From Pyrodictium delaneyi (GTDB lineage: Archaea; Thermoproteota; Thermoprotei_A; Sulfolobales; Pyrodictiaceae), in the NCBI RefSeq assembly GCF_001412615.1, contig NZ_CP013011.1:360001-392000 (forward strand): a stretch of 32,000 nucleotides of DNA, read 5' to 3'. This document shows, in pieces, positions 1 through 7,339 of this stretch. Within the stretch, counting starts at the first letter, position 1, and each line of letters begins with the position of its first letter. A program made the position numbers and the translations under genes. Below the pieces are notes generated by a model. It saw only the letters and a program-made list of their open reading frames with translations, was not told where the DNA came from and ran no database searches.

Positions 1-1254
1 TTCCCGAAGGACTGGTTCCACCCCACATTCTGGCCCCTTGCCTACACGCGACGGGCTGAGCTGCGGAAACGGTTCCAGGAGCTAGCCGAGCTCTATGGCT
101 CCCGCCGCATCGCTCGTGCCGTCGTGGGCGAGGAGATAGCTGAGGAGGCTCTCCGCCGCGCAAACACCGCTGCCGCGCGTATAGCACGTGTTGTGGTCCA
201 CCCCGACTACCGTGGCGACGGGCTCGGCGTCCTAGCAGTGAAGATGGCGCTTGAATGGATACGGGAGCGCCGCATCCCAGAGATGAAGAGGAGGAAACAT
301 GTAGTCGAGACCATAGCCCAGATGGCGCGGTTCAACCCGTTCTTCGAGAGGGCCGGGTTCCGCTACATGTGGGACACGGCTAGCGGCCGCCCTGTGCTAA
401 TGTACCCGCTCACCGAGGAAGCTCGGAAGAGGATAGAGGAGTTCCTTGAGAAGGACCCCTATGCCCGCCGCCACGGTGGCAAACTTTTCCGTCCACGCTA
501 TGGCGGTGTTGAGCCTCTTTCAGGGCCGATAAAGCTAGTCAACCTCACCAAGATCTACCGTAGCGAGCTAGACGTCTCCAGACTCCCACCCGAACTACAA
601 GACGTATTGCGCGCCTTTGGCGCCGAGAGGAGGCGAGTAGAACGCTACGTGCTGCGCAACACGAGCTTCGAGATAAAGCCAGGCGAGGTAGTCGCAGTGG
701 TAGGCGCTAGCGGCGCAGGAAAGACCACCCTGTTACGCATGATTATAGGCGCTGCGCTGGGCGCCAGGGACGAGAACTACCAGCCGAGCCAGGGCAGGGT
801 AGAGGTGCCGAACAACGTTAAGCTCGCCGCGTTACTGCCCGGGGAGATGGAACCGGTGTTCGGCAGCGAGACTCTGCTAGAACACGTAGCCCGTAAGATA
901 GGAGACCCAGCCGCGGCTGTAGAGATACTCAACGCCGTCGGGCTGAGCGATGCAATATTCTACCGCGCCCGGTTCGACGAGCTCTCCACTGGCCAGAAAG
1001 AGCGGGCCCGGCTAGCAAGCCTCCTCGCAGAGAGGCCCAACCTACTGGTCATAGACGAGTTTACTGCCCACCTGGATCGTCTGACAGCGCAGAGGGTTGC
1101 CCGTAAGCTGAGCAGCCTAGCACGTCGCGTAGGCATAACCCTGGTGGTCTCCACTAACCGGCCAGAAGTGCTCCAGGCGCTAGCACCGGACAAGGTGGTG
1201 CTCGTCGGCTACGGCACGGCAGTAGTAGCGGAAGAGAGGACTGGGGCCCGGTAG
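1..1254 (+). CDS. GNAT acetyltransferase domain fused to an ABC-type ATPase (5'-truncated by the window edge; COG2401-like architecture)
   Basis: Frame 1 is open from nt 1 with no stop before the GTG at 124, so the gene starts upstream of the window. GNAT acetyl-CoA motif 'RVVVHPDYRGDGLGVLAV' lies at ~nt 187-240. ABC motifs present: Walker A 'GASGAGKTT' (nt 703-729), signature 'LSTGQ', Walker B 'LLVIDEF', D-loop 'AHLD'. No permease gene is adjacent. Confidence 0.85.
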   Translation, partial: FPKDWFHPTFWPLAYTRRAELRKRFQELAELYGSRRIARAVVGEEIAEEALRRANTAAARIARVVVHPDYRGDGLGVLAVKMALEWIRERRIPEMKRRKHVVETIAQMARFNPFFERAGFRYMWDTASGRPVLMYPLTEEARKRIEEFLEKDPYARRHGGKLFRPRYGGVEPLSGPIKLVNLTKIYRSELDVSRLPPELQDVLRAFGAERRRVERYVLRNTSFEIKPGEVVAVVGASGAGKTTLLRMIIGAALGARDENYQPSQGRVEVPNNVKLAALLPGEMEPVFGSETLLEHVARKIGDPAAAVEILNAVGLSDAIFYRARFDELSTGQKERARLASLLAERPNLLVIDEFTAHLDRLTAQRVARKLSSLARRVGITLVVSTNRPEVLQALAPDKVVLVGYGTAVVAEERTGAR

Positions 1255-1354
1255 AGCCTTCACCCCCTCCACCTTATCGCGTCTGTCCTGGGGGCTTGTC
1301 CTGGCGGAGAAGCATAGCCCGGAGAGGCTCATAGTAGTAACCGGCGTCTCCGGG

Positions 1355-2545
1355 GTGGAGCTAGCCCCGCTGTTAAAGCTGGCAGAGGAGCTTGGAGCTG
1401 CTACTGCGAAGTACGAGGAGTTCGTAGAGGAGGAGTTCAAGGCACCCATCTACCACGTAGCAGAGCTACTATTGGTTTACTATAGGCGCACTAGCGAACG
1501 GTTCGAGAAGGCCTTCAAGAAGATGCTAGACAGTCTCTCCGACAGCAAGGCCGCCGTGGTAGCAGCGCATGCTGCCTACTACCGGCGCAGCAACATCGTG
1601 GCTAGCCCACTCGCAGGGTTCATACACCGGCTAGCAGCCAGGGGCGAGGCCTCAGTAGCCATAGTGGACTACGTTGACGACTATTACCACATACTATACC
1701 GGCTCGCCGACCGGGTAGCCCGGGGCGAGACGCCAGAAGTGGCCGGGTTCCAGGTTCTAGACCCGGCTGGCCTCCTATACTGGAGGAGCACACACCACAG
1801 TATAGCCCAGCTCGCCGCGATACACGGGGCCGAGTTCTACGTCTACGCCTCCAAGCATAGTCGTGAGGGGCACCGCCGACTCCTCGCTATGCTCCTCGGC
1901 CAGGAGCCTGAAGAGGGTGGCAGCTTCCACACAGTCTACGTCTCCCACCCCATAACCAGGGTGAGAGCCCGGGCAATACGGGAGGGCAAGCCGCTAGACC
2001 GGTACCCGGACGCCCTGGAGATAGAGGAGTTCAAGAGGACTCTCGAGGATAGCTGCCCCAACCTCGTAGTATTCTCACCCACCACGGTGGACGAGCTGAT
2101 AACAGACCCTGGCACGGGGAGGCTGAAGACACGGATAAAACGGGAAGACCGCTGGCCCCACGGAGAGAATGGTCTCCACGAGTATCCCTATCCTGTGGAT
2201 CTCCGGGACCGGCTGTTCGATCTCCACCTCTATCCTGTCGACGACACTACCGGGAACCAGGGCTACATGAGCTACCTGCAGACCCAGATCGAGGCGAGTA
2301 TAGAGAGACGCGACTTGAGCTACGTAGCCCAGGCAGACATGATAATAGCGTATAGGCCGACAATGTACGGTGAGACGCACATGGGCGTCGAGACGGAGAT
2401 AAAGACCGCCGTAGCCATGGCTAAGCCCGTCTACAGCGTGATCCCGCCGGACGAGAGGAGCATAGCCTACCGGCTCTTCAGGTTCGAGTACCCCCTCCGC
2501 AGCATAGATGAGCTACTCAATGTGCTCCGTTGCAGCCGCCGGTGA
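1355..2545 (+). CDS. Uncharacterised protein; the C-terminal ~185 aa resemble a nucleoside 2-deoxyribosyltransferase / MTH538 TIR-like flavodoxin fold
   Basis: 396-codon ORF with a GTG start, 100 nt downstream of the GNAT-ABC gene on the same strand. Codon usage matches its neighbours. C-terminal pattern: 'TVYVSHPIT' (beta1) ... 'NLVVFSP' ... 'AQADMIIAYRPTMYGETHMGVETEIKTAVAMAKPVYSVIP' (late acidic residue followed by A..A.KPV). The N-terminal half has no motif I recognise. Confidence 0.6.
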   Translation: MELAPLLKLAEELGAATAKYEEFVEEEFKAPIYHVAELLLVYYRRTSERFEKAFKKMLDSLSDSKAAVVAAHAAYYRRSNIVASPLAGFIHRLAARGEASVAIVDYVDDYYHILYRLADRVARGETPEVAGFQVLDPAGLLYWRSTHHSIAQLAAIHGAEFYVYASKHSREGHRRLLAMLLGQEPEEGGSFHTVYVSHPITRVRARAIREGKPLDRYPDALEIEEFKRTLEDSCPNLVVFSPTTVDELITDPGTGRLKTRIKREDRWPHGENGLHEYPYPVDLRDRLFDLHLYPVDDTTGNQGYMSYLQTQIEASIERRDLSYVAQADMIIAYRPTMYGETHMGVETEIKTAVAMAKPVYSVIPPDERSIAYRLFRFEYPLRSIDELLNVLRCSRR

Positions 2546-2579
2546 GGAGCCATTTTCTAGATCCCAGAACTCCCATGCC

Positions 2580-4010
2580 TCATTCTCGGCGTCTATCGCT
2601 CCGCTGCTGTGCCCCACCGGGGCCGGGCTGCTGCATAGGAGCTGGCGGTTGAGCTTGAGCAAGACCCGCAGCTGGAGCCGCAGGGGCTGGCGGCCGGGCA
2701 GGAGCCAGAGGCTGGCCCTGATAAGGCGGCTGAACCGCTGCGTAGGGGTATGGAGCAGGCTGCCACTGTTGCGGCTGTTGCACAGGGGCCGCCGCGTAGT
2801 AGTGGACCTGGTACTGCTGCGGAGCCGGCGGCTGGGCAGGGGGCTGCAGGTGTAGTGGCTGCGAGTTTGCCTGGTAGGCCAGCGGCTGGGTAGCTTGCTG
2901 GATGTTTGCTGCGTGTGGTTGTCCTAGGGCCTGCTGTGGCCAGGCCTGGTAGCCGGGCCATGGGCTCTGGGGCTGCTGCCCGGGCGGCTGGACTGGCATC
3001 GGCGGTTGCTGTGCTAGTGGCCGGGGCGGGGCGTAGACTGGCGCTGGCGCTTGTCCCTGGGGCGTCTGTGCAGCTGGCTGTGTTGCGAAGGCGCGCTGGT
3101 AGGCGGCGCGTATGTCCTCGTCTAGTAAGTGGAGGTAGATCTGGGTCACCTTGATGTCGTGGTGGCCGAGGAGCCTCTGGACTACTGGGAGTGGGACGCC
3201 ACGGCGGAGCGCCTCGGTGGCGAAGGTGTGGCGCAGCACGTGGGGCCGGACACGGCGTGGGTCGAGGCCAGCGCGGCGGGCTAGCGTCTTGAGCCTCTTG
3301 TAGAGCCCGCTGTAGCTTATCCCAAGCAAGGGGTCGTCGGGGCCGAGCTTCGGGTTAAGAGCTAGCCATATTGCTAGCGCTTGCTCGGTCAACGGGCCAT
3401 AGAGTACTACCCGCTCCTCGCCGTACTTGGCGTTCCTCACGCGTATCTCGCGCCGCCCAGTGTCTATGTCGCGTAGCCGTAGCCCCACTGCCTCCTGGGC
3501 GCGGAGCCCTGTCTCGAACAGTAGCGCTACTATCAGCAAGTCTAGGGGGTCGCGGGCAGCTGATACCAGGCGCTCGACTTCCTCAGGCCGCAGCGCCTCG
3601 ACTCGTGGGCTCCTGGGCTTACGCACAACCGGCACCTTGACGTTCAGGCCGAGCCACTCTAGGAATCCGCGGAGGAACAACGTGTAATAGTGCATCGTTG
3701 TCTGCCGTTCCCTCCTCTCCTCTGCTGGATCGCTGTCACGGCTTCGGGGCCTCTGGAGTCCACGGGTAAGACGGTCATAGATCCACGCGGAGACGTCGCT
3801 GCTGGTTACTTCGCGGAGCCGCTTATCGCCTATAAACGAGAGAAAGTCACTGATAGCTGCCCGGTAAGCCTTTACAGTCTTAGGACTAGCACCAGCTGCT
3901 GCTAGCGCGGCAAGGAACGCCTCCATCGCCTCCAGGTTGCTCCGCTCTAGTATTCCTGGTGGTGGCGGCGGCAGGTCAAACCGCGTCACTACAGAACCCT
4001 TAGAGAACAA
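2580..4010 (-). CDS. Tyrosine recombinase (XerA/XerC/XerD-like) with a long P/Q/A-rich C-terminal extension
   Basis: N-terminal SAM-like core-binding domain ('SPKTVKAYRAAISDFLSF'). Catalytic signature is complete: 'LLFETGLRAQE' (Arg), 'HVLRHTFATE' (H-x-x-R), 'LLGHHDIKVTQIYLHL' (His and the nucleophilic Tyr at ~aa 292). TTG start at 4010. The ORF continues ~184 codons past the catalytic Tyr. Confidence 0.9.
   Translation of the reverse strand: MFSKGSVVTRFDLPPPPPGILERSNLEAMEAFLAALAAAGASPKTVKAYRAAISDFLSFIGDKRLREVTSSDVSAWIYDRLTRGLQRPRSRDSDPAEERRERQTTMHYYTLFLRGFLEWLGLNVKVPVVRKPRSPRVEALRPEEVERLVSAARDPLDLLIVALLFETGLRAQEAVGLRLRDIDTGRREIRVRNAKYGEERVVLYGPLTEQALAIWLALNPKLGPDDPLLGISYSGLYKRLKTLARRAGLDPRRVRPHVLRHTFATEALRRGVPLPVVQRLLGHHDIKVTQIYLHLLDEDIRAAYQRAFATQPAAQTPQGQAPAPVYAPPRPLAQQPPMPVQPPGQQPQSPWPGYQAWPQQALGQPHAANIQQATQPLAYQANSQPLHLQPPAQPPAPQQYQVHYYAAAPVQQPQQWQPAPYPYAAVQPPYQGQPLAPARPPAPAAPAAGLAQAQPPAPMQQPGPGGAQQRSDRRRE
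2583..3086 (-). other. Low-complexity P/Q/A-rich tail of the recombinase ORF (~aa 309-476)
   Basis: By my count about 42 P, 38 Q and 33 A in 168 residues, with interspersed Y/W ('PWPGYQAWPQQ', 'QQYQVHYYAAAP', 'WQPAPYPYAAVQPPYQGQ'). It ends in a charged 'RSDRRRE'. The DNA here is very GC-rich, so all six frames are open. Confidence 0.6.
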
Positions 4011-4107
4011 TTATACAGTCATGAAGGGGGCCGAGGCCTCGCCCCAATAAATACCCTGGTAACACTCCGCTATTCAGAGTCATGAAAGATGAGTTTACTA
4101 CAACCTA

Positions 4108-4464
4108 TTACTCCTCTATGGTCACGTCTTTGGCAGGACACCTGCCTCCCACAATCATGGCGGTACGAGGTAGAGAGTAGTATAGGAGCAGAACGGAGAC
4201 TACAAATTTGATCCAGGAGCCTTCCCCGGATAGAAACAGGTAGAGCCATTGGACACCCAGGAGAGTAAACAACACATCAAAAATGCATACAAGAAGCCTT
4301 TGCTTGCCGTTAGCGACAAGCCAGGCTCCTATAACAGCGCCTAGAACAAGCCCCAATAGGGCTACCTGGAACTGCAAGAGAGACCCCATACTGCTATAAT
4401 AGTACGGTATTATTATAGTTACTATTGACCATACGTGCCATAGTAAATCCCGTAGCGTGTACAC
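4108..4464 (-). CDS. Small hypothetical membrane protein (3-4 predicted TM segments)
   Basis: 118-codon ORF with a GTG start (alternative internal Met 'MGSLLQF'). Hydrophobic stretches 'VWSIVTIIIPYYY', 'ALLGLVLGAVIGAWLV', 'VCIFDVLFTLLGVQWLYLFL', 'FVVSVLLLYY'. GC is lower than in neighbouring genes. No motif recognised. Same strand as the recombinase and 97 nt upstream of it. Confidence 0.4.
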   Translation of the reverse strand: MYTLRDLLWHVWSIVTIIIPYYYSSMGSLLQFQVALLGLVLGAVIGAWLVANGKQRLLVCIFDVLFTLLGVQWLYLFLSGEGSWIKFVVSVLLLYYSLPRTAMIVGGRCPAKDVTIEE

Positions 4465-4958
4465 TCAAGAGGCCTACCTAGAAGCTATGCCAGCGCCTCT
4501 AGGGCCTACGAGGCTGTCACTAATGTGACTTGGCGTTATCAGATGGAGGCCCTCACCAAGTGTAGTAGCCCGCGGAGCCCACAGTCTCCAGCCGGCTTTC
4601 ATTGATGAGAATCTTCAAACTCTCGGATCATCAATACTATGTTGAGCATAAATGCAAAAGATATGCCTCAATAACTATTATGATCTTACTAGAAGTCTCT
4701 AGCGACAATGTGGGACACAAGGTATGCTATAAACCTCAAGATGAAGAGCTTAGGAGATATCCATGATATCGAAGTATAGTGATGATTGTGGACCTGGTGT
4801 TCCACCAGTAATACTCCTAGATATCTCTCCTCATCTCTTAGGCTGTGTCAACAATGGTATACTGTATATTCTAAGATGTTAAATATGGCGTTATTCTTTT
4901 AACGAAGAGGGTTGATAGACATTAGGCGAGCGGTTCTCTCGGCAGGTGGCGAAGAGCC

Positions 4959-6965
4959 ATGGCTACCGAGCAGGGCCTCCCCTTTGGCGAGAAGTATCAT
5001 CCTGCTATCAAGAAGCTGATGGAGCTTCGGCGAGAGAGTCTAGAGAACATTGAAGAGTTCTGGGATAAGAGGGCCCGTGCACTCATCTGGTTCAAGTACT
5101 GGGACAAAGTCCTCGACGACTCGAACCCGCCGTTCTTCCGTTGGTTCGTGGGAGGCGTCACTAACATAACTGTTAACGCTCTCGACCGGTGGATCGAGAC
5201 ACCGGTCAAGAACAAGGTTGCTTACTACTGGGAAGGCGAGCCCGGGGACACCCGCGTCCTCAGCTACTTCGAGCTGTGGCGCGAAGTTAACAGATTCGCC
5301 AAGGTCCTCAAGGACCTCGGTATAAAGCCGGACGACCGCGTAGTAATATACATGCCCATGATACCCGAGCTCCCAATAGCCATGCTAGCTGCTGCACGTA
5401 TAGGCGCTATACACAGCGTAGTCTTCAGCGGTTTCAGCCCCAAGGCGCTCGCCGACCGTATAGTCGACGCTAAGGCTAAGCTCCTGATAACTGCCGATGG
5501 CTACTACCGCCGCGGCAAGGTGATAAACCTCAAGAAGAACGCTGACGAGGGTGTCAGGCTAGCCGAGGAGCAGGGCGTCAAGGTAGAGAAGGTTCTCGTG
5601 GTGAAGAGAGGCGGCCTAGACCTAGACGTGAACATGGTCGAGGGCCGCGACTACTGGTACGACGAGCTAGTAAAGAATGTACCCTATAACACCTACGTAC
5701 CCCCGGAGCCCAGGAAGAGCGACGACGTACTCTTCATACTCTATAGCAGCGGTACAACTGGCAAGCCTAAGGGCATAATGCACAGCGTAGGCGGCTACAT
5801 GGTCTGGACCTACTGGAGCTTCAAGTGGACCTGGGACCCCAGGCCCGACGACGTAATGTGGACCGCCGCTGACATAGGCTGGATCACCGGCCACACCTAC
5901 ATAGTATACGCCCCGCTAATGCACGGCATGACCAACGTTATGTATGAGGGCGCGCCAGACTACCCGCAGCCCGACCGCGTCTGGGAGATAGTTGAGAAGT
6001 ACCGTGTCACAATACTCTACACCAGCCCAACTGCGATAAGGCTATTCCGCAAGTACGGCGACGAGTGGGTCAAGAAGCACGACCTCAGCAGCCTAAGGCT
6101 ACTCGGCAGCGTAGGCGAGCCGATAAACCCCGACGTCTGGAAGTGGTACTACGAAGTAGTAGGCGGAGGCAAGACCCCGATAGTCGATACATGGTGGCAG
6201 ACCGAGACCGGCGCCGCCATGATAGCCCCAGTGCCCGGCATAGCACTAGTGCCGCTCAAGCCCGGCAGCGCTACCTTCCCACTCCCCGGCGTAGACGCCG
6301 ACGTAGTCAACGACAAGGGCGAGCCAACAAAGCCCGGCGAGAAGGGCTACCTAGTGATAAAGCGGCCGTGGCCCGGCATGTTGATAGGCCTCTGGGGCGA
6401 CCCACAGCGCTACATAAGGACCTACTGGCAGCGCTTCAGCAAGCCCGATGAAGGAGTCTGGATCTACTACCCAGCCGACTACGCCGTGAAGGACGAGGAC
6501 GGCTACATCTGGATGCTAGGCCGCGCCGACGAGGTGCTCAACGTAGCCGGTCACAGGCTCGGCACCACCGAGATAGAGGACGCCATACTCGCCCACCCAG
6601 CCGTAGCCGAGGCCGCCGTAGTAGGCATACCCGACCCAATCAAGGGCGAGGTACCACTAGCAGTAGTAGTGCTACGCGAGGGCTACAAGCCCAGCAAGGA
6701 GCTAGAAGAGGAGATCAAGCAGACAGTCCGCAAGATACTAAGCCCCATCGCCGTACCGAAGCGCGTACTCTTCGTCAACAAGCTGCCAAAGACAAGAAGC
6801 GGCAAGATAATGAGGAGGCTGATAAAGGCCGTAGCCACCGGCGCCCCACTAGGCGACGTCAGCACCCTAGAGGACGAGGCCAGCGTCGAGGAGATAAAGA
6901 GGGCCTGGGAGGAGTTCAAGAAGGCAATCGAGGAAGGCGAACGCCTCCTCCGCGAAAGCAGCTAA
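4959..6965 (+). CDS. acs: Acetyl-CoA synthetase (AMP-forming)
   Basis: 668 aa. AMP-binding signature '[11 protein letters not shown]'. Typical Acs blocks 'WWQTETG', '[38 protein letters not shown]' and '[12 protein letters not shown]'. Confidence 0.95.
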   Translation: MATEQGLPFGEKYHPAIKKLMELRRESLENIEEFWDKRARALIWFKYWDKVLDDSNPPFFRWFVGGVTNITVNALDRWIETPVKNKVAYYWEGEPGDTRVLSYFELWREVNRFAKVLKDLGIKPDDRVVIYMPMIPELPIAMLAAARIGAIHSVVFSGFSPKALADRIVDAKAKLLITADGYYRRGKVINLKKNADEGVRLAEEQGVKVEKVLVVKRGGLDLDVNMVEGRDYWYDELVKNVPYNTYVPPEPRKSDDVLFILYSSGTTGKPKGIMHSVGGYMVWTYWSFKWTWDPRPDDVMWTAADIGWITGHTYIVYAPLMHGMTNVMYEGAPDYPQPDRVWEIVEKYRVTILYTSPTAIRLFRKYGDEWVKKHDLSSLRLLGSVGEPINPDVWKWYYEVVGGGKTPIVDTWWQTETGAAMIAPVPGIALVPLKPGSATFPLPGVDADVVNDKGEPTKPGEKGYLVIKRPWPGMLIGLWGDPQRYIRTYWQRFSKPDEGVWIYYPADYAVKDEDGYIWMLGRADEVLNVAGHRLGTTEIEDAILAHPAVAEAAVVGIPDPIKGEVPLAVVVLREGYKPSKELEEEIKQTVRKILSPIAVPKRVLFVNKLPKTRSGKIMRRLIKAVATGAPLGDVSTLEDEASVEEIKRAWEEFKKAIEEGERLLRESS

Positions 6966-6986
6966 CCCGGCCCCTAACCCCTAGGC

Positions 6987-6991
6987 TTTTT
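6987..6991 (+). terminator. T5 run just after the acs stop (archaeal oligo-T terminator candidate)
   Basis: 'ctaggcTTTTTag' lies 22 nt after the TAA at 6963-6965. Confidence 0.35.
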
Positions 6992-7339
6992 AGTCGATTT
7001 CACCCCGATCACGACAGCTTTATCACTTTTATCACTTTGGACCTCACCTCCATTCTCACGCATTCCTTAGTGATGTTAGTACAACATGTATCATGAAGTG
7101 GTGATAACAGGACATATAGCTCCTAGAATGGAGAAGGGTATGGGTACCAACCTCAGTATGCCCTTTTCACTTGCCCTCTACTCAGACGCCACTATGTTTA
7201 GAGAAACCTTATAGTATACTTAGAGCACACCAACTATGGTAAGCTGTTACTGTATACCGCTACATCTGTATTGGCCTAGAACTCGCAAGCGAGATTTATC
7301 ATCGCACACTCCTAACCGTGACGCGGTTTGCTAGAGGTG

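Noticed and set aside
2508-3154. Three additional ORFs (2508..2855 +, 2593..2961 -, 2906..3154 +) overlapping the recombinase tail
   Set aside because: The region is extremely GC-rich and low-complexity, so stop codons are rare in every frame. The products are Arg/Gly/Ala/Ser-rich with no motifs. Only the frame contiguous with the recombinase catalytic domain has a reason to be translated.
4779-4785. Perfect C-box-like GTGATGA (plus TTGATGA at 4602-4608), as a possible C/D-box sRNA
   Set aside because: There is no CTGA D or D' box at the expected ~12-nt guide spacing, no C' box, and no terminal pairing. A single heptamer is expected by chance in AT-rich DNA.
2580-4958. The recombinase plus AT-rich block as the edge of an integrated virus or plasmid
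   Set aside because: No tRNA gene, no flanking direct (att) repeats and no viral or plasmid genes are visible. The recombinase looks like the housekeeping XerA type with an intact gene, not a split SSV-type int. It cannot be excluded without the sequence upstream of nt 1.
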